A DNA stretch of 64,000 nucleotides from Narcine bancroftii (GCF_036971445.1 NC_091480.1:22754001-22818000), one strand, 5' to 3'. Numbered from the stretch's first letter, positions 1 to 14,000 are shown. The notes: generated by a model not told the origin, from the letters alone. A program made the numbers and translations.

Positions 1-2345
1 CCTTGTTATTCCATAGAAACTTGTAATATACAATTATGTAATAAGTTAAAGAAAATTTTAGTTAGTACAGTAAGTAATGATTGAAAAAGATACTGAAGTC
101 TTGGCATTACCTTCATTTTTATTCAATTTACCCTTCCTATTATCTAATTGGACTATCTTTCCATTTCTGTAAACCTTTTTTCTATATTTTCTAATAGAGG
201 GGTATAGTTACACTTATATAAATTCTGTAAATTATTATTGATCATTATTCATAAGTATTTTGTTCCATCTTTCTTATATTTAAATCTAGAGCCTTTTAGG
301 TATCTTTCATAATCAAAATTTTGCAATGGCATTATTTCACTTTTATCCATATTTATTTGATATCCTGATATTCTTTCATGTTTTTTGAATATTGTTTGTA
401 ATCTTATCAGTGATTCATCTGGGTTAGACATATATAATAGCACATCATCAGCAAATAAATTAATTTTATGTTCTTCTTGTCCAACTTTGAAGTCCTTAGT
501 ATCCAGATTATTTCTTATAATCTCTGCCACAGATTCAACGGCTAGTATGGATAATGCTGGAGATAGTGGACACCCCTTTCTACTTGATCTACTCAAGGGA
601 AAAATGGATGATATTTGGTTATTAATTATAATTTTAGCTTGTGGTTTATGATAAAGAGTTTTAAATCTAATTTATAAATTTTCTACATATACCAAATGTT
701 TCCAAAGTTTTATATAAGAAAGACAATTCTAGTTGGCCGAATACCTTTTCAGCACTGAAAGAAATACTTATGCTTGGATTCAACCTTGACTTTACCATAT
801 GTATTATATTGAATAATCAACCTAGACTATTTGAAGACTGTCTTCCTTTAACAAATCCCACTGATCTGAATAGATTAATTTTGGTAAATACTCACCCAAT
901 CTGTTGGCTAGTACCTTTGCTAGAATTTTATAGTCTGCATTTAGAAGTGATATTATTCTGTATGTTGAAATTTTTAATGGGTCTCTACCTTTCTTTGGTA
1001 GCACTGTAATTATAGCGGTTTTAAAATGTTTCCAGGAAGGTTTGGGTCTTCACCACCTGGTCTAACATGTCCATCAAAACAGGCATCAACAAATCTTTAA
1101 ATTGTCTATAGAACTCAGGAGGGAACCATCTTCCCCCAGGGACTTATTAGCTTGTTAAATGCCCAGAGCTTTCTCTATTTCTTCCCTTGTAAAAGGTGTA
1201 TCTAAATCATCTTTCTCTCTCTCTTCTAGTTTAGGAAGTTCAACAATTGTTAAAAAATTCTTCCATCTCCTACTAATTCTGATTTATATAGTTTCATATA
1301 GTATTTTCTAAACATATTGTTTCTTTCTTTTTGATTATATGTTATAGTATCAGCTTCTGTTTCTATGGCATTTATCATTCTGGATGACTCCTCTGCTTTA
1401 ATCTGCCAAGATAACACTTTGTGTGCCCGTTCTCCTAGTTCATAATATTTTTATTTATTTTTAATATATTTTTTATGTTCTATATCTTTGTAGAATATTA
1501 TATTGGAACTTTTTATTCTCTAATGTTCTATTTTTCTTGTGTTCATGATATCTGATATTCTTTTTCCAATCGTGTTATATCCTTCTCTAGACCTTCTAAA
1601 TCTCTCACATATTCTCTCTTAAGGTTTTTAGTATAAGAAATAATTTATCCCCTCAAGTAAGCATTAAGTGTATCCCATATTAGAAAACTGTTCTCAGTGG
1701 AAGGAAAATTGTTTTCACAAAATATTTCTGTCTATATCTTAATAAAAATCCTTCCTCCTTAATTAACTAACATTAAGATGCCATCTCTACATACTTTCTG
1801 GCTTTTCCATTATCATAATAGTTAATGTTAATGGCGAGTGGTCTTATAAAAGTCTTGCCAAATATTCAATTTTTACCACTCAACTTTGTAACTGGGGAGA
1901 GATTAAAAGTAGGTCAATCCTTGTATGTGATTCATGTACTCTTGAGTAGAATGAGTAGTCTCTTTCTAAGGGGTTGAACCGCCTCTATGTATCTATTAAA
2001 TTTAAATCCTTCATAAATTATAATGTTGTTTTTGCAGCTTTTACCCTTGTTATTGTTCTCACTGATTTATCCAATATTGGATCAAAAAAAAAAGTAATCT
2101 CCTCCAATCAACATATTTTGTCTTCTCCCTGTGGTTTTTTTAAAATTATATCCTTCATAAAGACTTCATCACCATAATTTGAGGCTTAAATGTTTGTAAA
2201 TATCCATGATTTTGCATAAATTTTGTTGTGTGCCATTACAAATCTTCCAGCTTGATTAGTTATGTCTCTACTATTATTATTGGTATATTTTTATTAATTA
2301 AAATCGCTACAGCTCTTTCTTTTGATCCAAATGATGATGATGTTA
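1..2345 (-). mobile_element. Degenerate L1-clade LINE ORF2 relic (APE endonuclease + reverse transcriptase), runs off window start
   Basis: Minus-strand fragments GCPLSPALSILAVE...LFADD (249-596) and YRIISLLNADYKILAKVLANRL (822-1004); endonuclease-like AVAILINKNIP near 2280-2320; many stops and frameshifts. Confidence 0.93.
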
Positions 2346-3274
2346 CTTTATGTCATTGGAGGTCCACTCAGAATCTTGTTACTCAGCCCCAGGAGAGCCT
2401 GGTCAGTGGAATTAGGCTTCTGGGTCAGGAAAATGGGAACCGTGGAAGGTAAATGCAGATAGCAGGCCCCTCTCAAGAAAGTCCAGGCCTTTATCAACGT
2501 CCTCCTGTTCAAATCACTAATTTGTTAAACCGTTTCCAAAATAAAACCGATACTGCTCATACCTGACCCAACCAGTGTGTGTCATTTAATGTCTAATATG
2601 ATCTGAAAAGGGAGAAATTTTTTTCAAGTATCTGCATCAGAACTCATTCAATTCAGTATTAGACGATACTTGAGTGCAATCATTCTTTGAGAATATCTTC
2701 AATATGAGGTGGAAACTCTCCTCTTAATATAATTAAATCTTCTGAGAAATTCAAAGAACTTTTGCAAAGAGATAGTTTCAATTCACAGATTTTTCTTCAA
2801 TATTTTCAGTCCACAGAGGGTACATTTAAGAGCATACGAGGCAGCAGGTCTATACAATTTGCAGATAATATATTCAAAGAGAAGAAAGTGGAAATGTTTT
2901 GAATGTTGACACTGCTGTATCCATGAATCTGTTTGTGCTAGTAATGTGAATCATAGAGGCTGAAGGCCAAAACATAAACAAAACTGAAAGTTCCCTATTT
3001 TTGTTATAAAAAAGATCTAAACAAATCAAGCCACTGATTCTATTGATTGTCAAATTAGTTTTTTAAAGTGTAAATTTTGGCTCAGTTGCTGCTGCTCTTA
3101 GAGCCATGCCTAAAGATTCTGAATACAAATCTTGCTTCAGAGTCTCAAGCACAGCTGATGTTCGAGTGCAGTATTGGTGCTTCATTGTCAGAATGCTATT
3201 CTTTGCGTAAGACATTAAATTGAGTGCCCTCTGTGTGTTATTTTGTAAAAGGACAGACGAATCATCTCCATAAT

Positions 3275-3490
3275 GAGGTCTACATTTATTCCTCACGTTA
3301 TCAGAAGAAAGAGATGACCATATTTGGTCATTACCACAATGCTATTTGTGGGAGCTTGCTGGGCACAAATTGATGACTCAATTATTTTTACATTATCTGT
3401 GTCAGCACACTTCCAAACTACTTTATTGGCTGAAAACCATTCAGCAATAACCCGAGGGCGCATGAGAAGCATTGAATAAGTTTTCTTTTA
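3275..3490 (+). mobile_element. DeuSINE-like (SacSINE1/AmnSINE1-type) 3' portion, old
   Basis: GGTCATTACCACAATGCTATTTGTGGGAGCTTGCT...CACACTTCCAAACTACTTTATTGGCTG resembles the DeuSINE tail consensus as I recall it. Confidence 0.65.
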
Positions 3491-4373
3491 AGCATAGCCT
3501 TGCAGTTGAAATATATAAAAACTACGTTCTTCATTGAGTGAGATACTGAACTATTATGGTCAAAAGCTCCAGACCTTGACCTGAGGATTGCTGAGTTATG
3601 ATCCCTGCAGATCATGGATGACAGTTGTCTCCATTGACTGACCAGGACTTTTTAAAATCATCATTATTGTTTCCTGAACCTTGCTGCAAATTGTGGACAA
3701 GTGGATGTAGAACAATAACATGGTTCAGCAATGTTGCATTGATCACTATGCAAAGCCCATAAGTCACACTGAAGCACATCACCTCCAGCTTATCACACTC
3801 ACATGACCCCAGTGCACCCACATTGGCTGATCTCTCAAACCCTTAGTTCCTGTTTCTACCTGATCATTTTTTGGCTTCTAACCCAGCAATAATCCCCTCA
3901 ATATAGTGAGTGTTCTCCACCACCACCCCGCCCCCCCACCCATATCAGTGCTTTCCAACCAATGATCACCTCTTATGACTTAGTGAACTAGCTCTTCATT
4001 CCTCCAACAGCAACTTCTTACCACTCTAACAATCACCAATTGAAGATCCCACCACAAACGACCACCAGCAGTCAACCCTATGATTCAACACCCCTCTTCT
4101 GATACCAACTAGTCATACTGGAATGTGTTTTCTTCTCTGGGCCTCTGAAGATTTTAGTGATGGTTCCATGATCAAAAACATGAGTGGCGTATAATGCAGT
4201 GACTGATTAATGTATCTCTGCAGCCCTCCTCCAGTAATTCTAGGCCTCACATTCTTAATGATTTTCACCATTGTGCATTATGAAATATTTAGGTTAAGAG
4301 CTTCTCAAGCTTAATGTTCTCTGATTCATTTGTCATTCCTTCAGATTGAAGATGGATTTCTGCTCCTTAAGTA

Positions 4374-4592
4374 CGGGTATACCCAGCTTTCCGAATACTC
4401 AAATTACAAAAATTTCCTTTTACGATAAAAGCCGTATTTGGTTTTATTAAAGGATTTGAATGGGTCTTAAATGGGTTTTCTCTTTTACAAAAATAGCCTC
4501 CAATAGTAGTGAATGGGTCTTCGCTTTATGCCATTTCGGCTTACAAAAGGTTTCCTAGGAACAGACTAGTTTCGTAAAGCAGGGTATACCTG
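4374..4592. mobile_element. Tigger/pogo-type (TcMar) MITE
   Basis: 22-bp terminal inverted repeats (TIRs) CGGGTATACCCAGCTTTCCGAA vs revcomp CAGGTATACCCTGCTTTACGAA (19/22), TA on both flanks. Confidence 0.85.
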
Positions 4593-5539
4593 TATCTAGA
4601 AATCTGTGGATTTATTGAGGATATATTGTCTGGTACAGACTTTATAGTAGATGTTCAGGTAAGGAAGAAGACAAAGAGAACAGAATTAGTCTGAAGAAAA
4701 ATGTGAGGAACACAGCTCCATAAACCCATCTCCACAGATTAGGCAGGTTCTAAAGAGTCAGCATATTGCATTTACTCGATCTATCAGACAGGAACAAATT
4801 AATTTATGTTGATGCTTAGGCATTGTATTGTTTAAGCTTCAAGGTTTTCTACATTGAATTTTCATAACCAACACCTTGCACTACATGAACACTAAATTAT
4901 TTTCAAAACCACTGCTAATGTGATACTGTCAAATTTGGGAACAATATAAATAAGATTAATGATTTTGGGATCATGGGAGGTTGTGTAGAATGGTTTATGC
5001 CTTGAGCATTAGTATTCTTAAAGCTATTTTTAACTTAAACTAAAGGCTTGATCTTCTATAAAGACTTTTTTATGTCAGGAGATCAAGTTGATAAGGCTAT
5101 CATAAAAACGAATGGGATCATTGACTTTACAAATAGAGGCGAAAGGGTAATTTTACTGTTAAACTTTATACCTGATCCCATTAAGGATGCAAAAAATGTG
5201 GATTTAATTTGCCCTCTGCTGGATGTTGAACACTTTTTATAAAAGGAATTACATTTCAGATGGAGATTTCAATGCACAGACATTTCTCACATTCTTTTGA
5301 GCCCTTGTTTTCCATTTGCAGGTGAGTTTTGGGCCATCAAGACTATCTGCATGAAAGAATGCCTCATGTTATCATAAGGCTTCGATCTAATTATGAAAGC
5401 AAGGGGAAGAAATTTTGGTGGGATGGGGATGCTGCTTAATTGGGGGCCACTGCAGTTTAGTGAGAAGAGGACCTCAGTGTGAATTGGGACAAGGCTTGCA
5501 GGGTTTTGAATCATTTTATTTACAAAGAGAATTACAAAA

Positions 5540-6110
5540 GCTGGCCAGAATTATATTGGAGCATTCCGGCATAGAATAACAAAAATGTGGATCAAAGTTT
5601 CAAGGGAAGATGAACTGAAGCAGGGGTGGGATAAGGTTGTTCATGGATGCTAAAATAGGGATCTTAGTGACTGCTTAAATATGTGGTCCAGAGCACATGT
5701 CAGTGTCGAGTGGGGTGGACAGTGTTGAAAGTGAAGGGGATGGAATCTGAGGTTAGTAACAGAGATCTGAAGACAGCAGCACTGGCCCTGCAATATTTAG
5801 AAAGAGATTTCTGCTTATCCAGTACTCAACATGAGAAAAAAAAACAGTCTTTGACCTATGATGCAGTTAGTGCAAGTGTGGAATCTGGTCCTTTGCTTTT
5901 AAGGGACAACATAGAGATGAGAAATAGGAAAAGACAATGTGCAGATTCCCAAAGAACCCCAAAGATAATATCGGGAGATTGATAATGTCGGGAGATTGAG
6001 AAGAAAAAGCAATTCTCTGGCTGTGATTGGATAGATAAAAAACTTTTTCAAGAATGACAGAAAGAGTTAGGAAGAATGGTCCAATTAACTGCATCACAGA
6101 CGTTGTCAAA
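5540..6110 (-). mobile_element. Highly decayed L2-clade LINE RT C-terminal fragment
   Basis: Minus-strand remnants YWISRNL (cf. WMSRNFLQLN) and LETLIHIFV (cf. ETLIHAFVTSRLDY). Confidence 0.6.
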
Positions 6111-6809
6111 AAGGATAGGGGGAGTAGTTTGTTAAAGTTGCATTAGGTGCCATTTCTGCTGGAGATTTATTTTTCCCTCTCCTATTGCAGACTATCATTG
6201 AATAAATAAATTAATTTGCTTGCCTAATTATTATATTTTAACTTTTCTTGAAGAGTCTGATTCTCTGCTTCTTGCTTTGTCTGCCTATTTTCTCTCTTCA
6301 AGTGTGCTGTTATGGCTATACCATAACTTTATGCAAAAGTAAAGTTGTTTTCAGCTCTACCATCTTTCTTCCGCTTTGCAAAGGATGTCCTGGACCAGCT
6401 GCCTGACATCCAGTTCCATTCCACCTGCAAAAAAAAACGAACTCCTGGAGGAGTTGAACTGGTTGTGCAACAACTGGGCTTTCCCTCCACAGGTGCTGCT
6501 CATTCTGCCGGTTTCCTCAGGTTCCCGTCTCTTGTATCTCTTCCACCTGCTTTTGGAGTGGTTCTCCCAGAGACCTCTCCATCTGCATTCATTCCATTTC
6601 CTCGTTCTCTTGCCATGGTGATGAAACGTTCAGGCAATCTTTAAGTTCTTTGACCTGTTTCCCTATGTCGCAGCATCTCTTCCTCACAAATTTACAAGCT
6701 TCCCTTCTTTCCTCCATTCCAACCACTCTGAATGATAGCCTGTCCTACTGACATCTAAGATTGTTTCTTTTCCTTCAACATCAATGGTTTTAGAATTGAC
6801 ATCCCTGTC

Positions 6810-7022
6810 CTAAAAAGCATCATAGCCATATTTTACCCCTTTAATTACACCTAATTGACCTACACCCCCGGTACGTTTTTGAATGGTGGGAGGAAACCAG
6901 ACCACCTGGAGGAAACCCACGCAGACATGAGGAGATCGTATGAACTCCTTACAGACAGTGTGGGATTCGAACCCAGGCCCTATTCGCTGGCGCTGTAACA
7001 GCTTTGCGCTAACCATGCCCCC
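6810..7022 (-). mobile_element. tRNA-derived SINE, V-SINE/HE1-like
   Basis: Minus strand has TGGTTAGCG (A-box-like), GGTTCGAATCC (B box) and GTCTGCGTGGGTTTCCTCC...GGTTTCCTCCCAC core; several paralogues in window. Confidence 0.85.
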
Positions 7023-9614
7023 TTTCTCCTCTTCCCTTTTTTCATTCTTTTATTTCCTTTTCTCCCAAATCTGCATCTCCCCCTAACTCTCAACATTTAC
7101 ACTTTCTCTTCGTCCTTTTTCCTGACTTCCCTTCTCCCTATAATTTCTCATTCTAATATTCTCTCTCCTCTGTGCCAGATTTTCATTCATTGCTGACATG
7201 TCTACTTTGGAAGGTTGAAACTATTAATTCAGATTAAGAATGCATTTGGCTGAACATTTTTAATATATCAAATTATTTTATAATAGCTTTTTTCCCTCCT
7301 CATTTTTCCATTAATTTTGATCCAGTTGCTAACATGAATCAATCTTTCAACAGTAAGGATGTCAAGTGTGCTTGGATGGCAGACCCTACATGGCCAGCAT
7401 CAATATTGTTCCATGATTGTTAACTGGAACTGCATAATCTGGCAAACACAAATCCACCAACAGAGAGAAGCTCAAATAATTAATGATGCCTAAGGACGGC
7501 TGTACTGATCCTTTTTTGTCAGTGTTAATATTTCATTTCAGCTTGCAGTTTTAAGGAATGTATTATTCAAACTAAAACAGAAGCCATTTAAAACATTTAA
7601 TCTAGGTGAGGGATGAAGATGGTCAAATGGAGGATGACATACAATGAGGAAACAATGTCACCTGTGGCTCTGTTACTTATCAAATATATATTGAATTACA
7701 AAATTTTTCAGACAGTTTACAATACATCCCATACTGGAGATTAATAATACCTGTCTTTTTAAAGTATTTTTCTTCTTAATATTTTTCTCCAAATCAAGTA
7801 TTTTGTCTTCTTTCTGAAAGATACAACACCAAAGGCCACCAATGCTATGTAATATTTAAACCACTAGCCTCCATAATCTTTGGCAATGTTAGTAATGCAC
7901 TCAACTCTGGGAATACTGCAAGGAAACTTGATTCTGGGACCACTTTGGCGTTTATAATATGATCAACTTCTGTGGAAAACAAAATGATTCTTCTCTTTTT
8001 GGTCTAAATTGCATAGCAAACTGTAAATAACATATAGTTGCTCTTTCTCCTTCCCAAGCCAAAAATAAAATCTCCTGAACACTGAAATGAAAACATTTGC
8101 AGAACACAATGCACCAAGACACACAATTCTTGACAGCTGAGTTTAATTCTAACTTGTTTCAGGCAAAACGATGAAAGGTCAATGGAGACACATGGCAGCT
8201 TTGTTTTAACAGCAGTGAGCAGTTTATCACCCGGTATCATTCCCCTTTCTGAGTCCTGGACAAATATGCCCCCAAAGAGGGAATTGTTCATTTTGTAATA
8301 TTAATAAAATGATTAGCAGTTAACACTTTATTTACAGGTGTTCTCTGAGAGAATGTGGGTGTTAGCATAAATTGGAGTTTTCAAATTAGGATTGGTGGTT
8401 TTTTCCATAAAATAAAGTTTAGATTAGATTAAGAAATATTATTATTGTCCCATGTATGGTGAAGAGCTTTCTTTTGTGTTGACATTCAAATGCCAGCAGA
8501 ATCGCCACGCTGCACCAGAGGTTGGTACGAGTTGAGGTGAAGATCTGTCATGATCACCCTGAAGGTGAAGGGCTGAACATTTCTAATGTGTGACGAAAAT
8601 GCAAAAGAGCAAATCCAAAATATTTGTTATTGGACCCAGAATGAAGCTGACGCTGCAGATAAGGTAGGAATAAATAGATTTGATTTTAAAAAAAAGATGT
8701 CATTCACCACATTGTACAGTTCTCAAAGAGCAGTTTATTTGTTTAGTCATGAAAAATTCTGTCGACTTTTGCCATGATTTGTTCTTTGGAATAAAATGAT
8801 GCACTGCTGGAGGGCAAGCTGCAGGCAGCAGCTTCAATACACAAAGTAGCACTGGGACTGACTGATTATACAAATTGTTGGTTTGTAATTATTCATTCTA
8901 TTTTGTATATTATGTAAGCATAATGAAAGTCATGATTTGTGGAGAAGTTCCTAAGGTACTCGTTTTTTCCACAATGCAACAACTTATTACTTTCACTAGA
9001 ATTCTGTGGCCTAGTCATTCAGGAACAGCATGCCATGTGTCACGTGCCGTGTATCAAGTGCCATATGTCAAGAATCAATTTTCTTCTGGAATGGAATGCC
9101 CTTGGTAACATTCATACATTGAATCACGCACTCTGGAAATGTGAACAGGCACTTCTGGTCCAGATTTACATTTGCATCTATGACATGATTTCCCATGTCA
9201 CACTTGCATGACGTAGCAAAGATCGTTATCAGATGTTGTCTCAGGATCACCTGTTATTTTGGTAACTTTTGGGGCAATCATAGTGCTTTTGCGAATTAGG
9301 GCTTTAATGCTCTGATTGTTCCCACCCCTGGTCCGCCAACTTGACTCATGACAGTCCTGATTCATTGACTGTTCCAAGTCCATGTCCCATGATGAACAGG
9401 GAATGACTGAAATGGGCCAAGACTGAATTCATTGTTGGCGCATTATTTATTTTGGTGCACAGCCATCCAAATCTGCCTCCTCACTGGTGTATGTTATGAA
9501 TTATGGATACCAAACTCTTCAAATGATTCCAACTGCTCCCAAGAGAGCGCTCAGAATCACAGGCCGGTGGAGTAAGGAGTGAGCTCAGGTAGTTTCCTAC
9601 AGTTTAAAGGTGAG

Positions 9615-9729
9615 AACATAGAACAGTACACCACAGAACAGGCCCTTTGGCCCTTGACGTCTGAGCCGAACATGATGCCTAAATTAAACTACAACTCTGC
9701 TGACTGCACATGATTCATATCCCTCTATC
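9615..9729 (-). mobile_element. CR1 LINE 3' tail (left part; host of the L1 insertion)
   Basis: GAACATAGAACAGTACACCACAGAACAGGCCCTTTGGCCC is a CR1 3' end in reverse; continues at 13670. Confidence 0.75.
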
Positions 9730-12700
9730 CTTTTAAAAATTTTTAAAATTTTTCACACTATGAACCATACTGACCAAAATACACACAAACATTTCCCTCT
9801 TGAATATAGAGTGTCATTTTCTCCCCTTTTCCCTCCCTCCCTTCCCTCCCTCTTTCCCACCCCCTCCACTAAATGTTCAACATATACAATACATTAAACA
9901 ATGTCATCACACAATGAAAATAAACAAGAAAATTGTGTCATCTACTTTTACATACTGGGTCAGTTCATTTCGTCTTCTTCTCCTGTCATTTTAGGCGGTG
10001 GAGGTCCGCGGTAGGACTTCTCTGTTGTGTTCCATGTACGGTTCCCAAATGTGTTCGAATACTGTGATGTTATTTCTTAAATTATATGTTATTTTTTCCA
10101 GTGGAATACATTTATTCATTTCTATGTACCATTGCTGTATTCTCAGGCTATCTTCTAATTTCCAGGTTGACATAATACATTTTTTTGCTACATCTATGGC
10201 TATCATAATAAATCTATTTTGTGCTCCATCCAAATCGAGTCCAAGTTCTTTACTTCTTATATTACCTAGAAGAAAGATCTCTGGGTTTTTTGGTTTGTTG
10301 CTTTTTGTGATTTTATTTAATACCTGGTTTAGATCTTCCCAAAATTTTCCACTTTATCACATGCCCAAATTGCATGTACTGATGATCCCGTTTCCTTCTT
10401 ATAACAAAAACATCTATCTGATACTGTTGGGTCCCATTTATTTAACTTTTGGGGTGTGGTGTATAGCCTGTGTAACCAATTATATTGTATCATGCGTAAC
10501 TTCATGTTTATTGTATTTCTCATAGTTCCGGAGCTTAGCTTTTCCCATGTTTCATTCTTTATGTTTAGATCTTGTTCCCATTTTTGTTTGGGTTTACAGC
10601 TTGTTTCCTCGTTCTCTTTCTCTTGCAGTTTGATGTACATGCTTGTTATAAATTTTTTAATTATCATTGTGTCTGTAATCACATATTCAAAATTGCTTCC
10701 TTCTGGTAACCTCAGCCTGCTTCCCAATTTGTCCTTCAAGTAGGTTTTCAGTTGGTGGTATGCAAACATTGTACTGTGAGTTATACCATATTTGACTTTC
10801 ATTTGTTCAAAAGATCATAATTTATTTCCCGAAAAACAATTTTCTGTTCTTTTAATCCCTTTTCTCTCCCATTCTCTAAAGGAAAGGTTATCTATTGTGA
10901 AAGGGATTAGTTGATTTTGCAACAATATTGGTTTTGGTAGTTGATAATTTGTTTTATTCCTTTCTACATGAATCTTCTTCCAAATGTTGAGCAGATGGTG
11001 CAGTACTGGTGAATTCCTATGTTGCACCAGCTTTTCATCCCACTTATATAGTATATGTTCAGGTACCCTCTCTCCTATTTTATCTAGCTCTAATCTGGTC
11101 CAATCTGGTTTTTCCCGTGTTTGTTAAAAATCTGATAAGTATCTTAATTGTGCTGCTCTAAAATAATTCTTAAAGTTTGGCAGCTGTGAGCCCCCTTGTT
11201 TGTACCATTCTGTTAATTTATCTAGCGCTATCCTCAGTTTCCCCCCCTTTCCATAAGAATTTCCTTATTATTTTCTTTAGCTCCTTGAAGAATTTCTCTG
11301 TTAGGTGAATTGGTAACAATTGAAATAGGTATTGTATCCTTGGGAAGATATTCATTTTAATACAATTTACCCTTCCTATCAGTGTTAGTGGTAAGTCTTT
11401 CCAATGTTCTAAGTCGTCTTGTAATTTCTTCATTAATGGCTGATAATTTAGTTTGTATAGATGGCCTAGATTATTATCTAGTTGTATACCTAGGTATCGA
11501 ATTGCTCGTGTTTGCCATCTTAATGGTGATTTTTTCTTAAACTTTGTGAAATCTGCATTATTCATCGGCATTGCTTCACTTTTATATGCATTGATCTTGT
11601 ACCCCGATACTTCTCCATATTCCTTCAATTTCTTATGTAATTCTTTTATTGATATTTCTGGTTCTGTTAAGTATACTATAATGTCATCTGCAAATAGACT
11701 GATTTTATATTCCTTCTCTTTTATTTTTATCCCTCTTATTTTATTTTCTGTTCTTATCAGTTCTGCCAGTGGTTCTATAGCTAATGTGAACAGTGAGGGA
11801 GATAGTGGACATGTCTGCCTAGTTGATCTGCTTAATTTAAATTGGTTTGATATATTATCCATTTACTGTCACCTTCGCCAATGGTCCCTTATATAATGCT
11901 TTAATCCAATTAATATATTTCTCTGGTAGGTTGAACCTCTGTAGTACTTTGAATAAATAATTCCATTCTACTCTATCAAAGGCTTTCTCTGCGTCTAAGG
12001 GAACCGCCACTGTTGGCGTCTTGTTTCCTTGTACTGCATGGATTAAGTAAATGAACTTACAGATATTGTCGTTGTTCATCTTTTCTTAATAAATCCATTT
12101 TGATCTAGTTTTACTATTTTTGGTACACAGTTGGCCAATCTGTTTGCTAATAGTTTAGCTATTATCTTATAATCTGTGTTAAGTAGAGATATTGGTCTAT
12201 ACAATGCTGGTGTTAGTGGATCTTTCCCCGTCTTTGGTATTACTGTAATTATTGCTGTTTTGCATGAATCGGACATGTTTTGTGTTTCTTCAATCTGGTT
12301 CATTACTTCCAGGAGAGGAGGAATTAATAAGTCTTTAAATGTTTTATAGAATTCTATTGGGAGTCCATCCTCTCCCGGCGTTTTATTGTTCGGTAGTTTT
12401 TTTTAATATATCCTGTATTTCCTCCATTTCAAATGGTTTTATTAATTTATTTTGCTCCTCTTCTTGCAATTTCGGTAGTTCAATTTTAGCTAGAAACTCA
12501 TCTATTTTGTCTTCTTTTCCTTCGTTCTCAGTTTGATATAGTTGCTCGTAGAATTCCTTGAAGTTTACGTTGATCTCTGTTGGGTTTTATCTAATTTGTT
12601 TGTCCTTTTTCCTTGATGCCAATACCATTCTTTTAGTTTGTTCTGTCTTAAGCTGCCAAGCTAGTATTTTGTGCGTTTTTTTTCTCCTAGCTCATAATAC

Positions 12701-13669
12701 TTCTGTTTTGTCTTCATTATGTTCTTCTCCACCTTGTATGTTTGTAGTGTTTCAAATTTTATTTTTTTGTCCGCCAATTCTCTTCTTTTTATTGTATCTT
12801 CCCTTATTGCTAATTATCTTTCTGTACTTGCTATTTCCCTTTCCAGCTGTTCTATTTCCCGATTGTAGTCCTTCTTCATCTTAGTTACATAACTTATTAT
12901 CTGCCCTCTGATGAACGCTTTCATTGCATCCCATAGTATAAACTTATCTTTCACTGATTCTGTATTTATTTCAAAGTACATTTTAATTTGTCGCTCAATT
13001 AATTCTCTAAATCCTGTCTTTTAAGTAGCATGGAGTTTAATCTCCATCTATACGTTCGCGGTGGGATGTCCTCCAGCTCTATTGCTAATAACAGGAGTGA
13101 GTGATCCGATAACAATCTAGCTTTATATTCCATTTTCCTAACTCTCCCTTGGATGTGGGCTGACAACAGGAACAGGTCTATCCTTGAGTATGTTTTATGT
13201 CTACCCGAATAATATGAGTGTTCCTTCTCCTTTGGGTGTTGTCTCCTCCATATATCCAAAAGTTGCATTTCCTGCATCGATTTAACCATAAATTTGGTTA
13301 CTTTGTTCTTTCTGCTAGTCTTTTTTCCAGTTTTATCCATCTTTGAGTCCAAATTAAGGTTAAAGTCCCCTCCTATCAGTATATTCCCCTGCCTATCTGC
13401 AATCTTCAAAAAGATATCTTGCATAAATTTTTGATCCTCTTCGTTAGGGGCATGTACATTGAGCAAATTCCAAAATTCTGAATATATCTGACACTTTATC
13501 ATTACATACCTCCCTGCTGGATCTATTATTTCCTCCTTTATTTTGATTGGTACATTTTTATTGATTAATATAGCTACTCCTCTGGCTTTTGAATTATATG
13601 ATGCTGCCGTTACGTCCGCTACTCAGTCTCTCTTTAATTTCTTGTGTTCCACTTCAGTTTAGATGTGTG
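9730..13669 (-). mobile_element. 5'-truncated L1-clade LINE (most of ORF2: EN-RT-CCHC, plus 3' UTR), frameshifted
   Basis: GGDFN and SDH endonuclease motifs (12999-13502), YRPISLLNTDYK, DAEKAFDRV, LFADD (11218-11862), CFCYK...HAIWAC knuckle (10329-10802); A-rich tail; 13-bp TSD ATATCCCTCTATC at 9717-9729 and 13670-13682. Confidence 0.96.
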
Positions 13670-14000
13670 ATATCCCTCTATCTTGATGCATATTCATGCA
13701 TTGATCTTGATGCTTCTTCAATACTTCTCTTGTCCCTGCTTCCAGCACTACTCCTGGCAGCCCGTTGGAGACACCTGTCAGTAGCATCTCCTGTAAGCTT
13801 TCCCTCCCTCACCTTAAATGCATGTCCTCTAGTTTCTGACATTTCACCCTGAAAAAAAAGATCCTGACTGTCTACCCAGTCAATGCCTTGCATAATCTTC
13901 TAAACTTCTATTGTCTCCCCTCAGCCTTCAATGTTCCAGCGAAAACAACTCAAGTTTGTCCAACCTCTGCCCATAGCTCATACCCTCTAATCCAGGAGAA
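13670..14000 (-). mobile_element. CR1 LINE 3' fragment (right part)
   Basis: ORF 13678-13893 DLFFQGEMSETRGHAFKVREGK is a typical CR1 ORF2 C-terminus. Confidence 0.8.

Noticed and set aside
2280-2345. Both long L1 relics end near the start of the endonuclease domain (here and ~13660)
   Set aside because: Breakpoints differ by tens of bases and two cases cannot show a truncation hotspot
6345-6644. 99-aa GC-richer ORF as a possible host exon
   Set aside because: No recognisable protein; the minus strand reads KQVKELKDCL...LHNQF with stops, more like a decayed LINE ORF1 colinear with the adjacent L2 relic (weak)
6950-7022. tRNA gene (A/B boxes)
   Set aside because: No full cloverleaf; it is a SINE head continuing into the SINE body
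9998-10743. Plus-strand ORFs of 175 aa and 95 aa (also 11453-11896 and 12558-12884)
   Set aside because: Antisense shadows of the A-rich L1 ORF2; low-complexity hydrophobic translations with no domain
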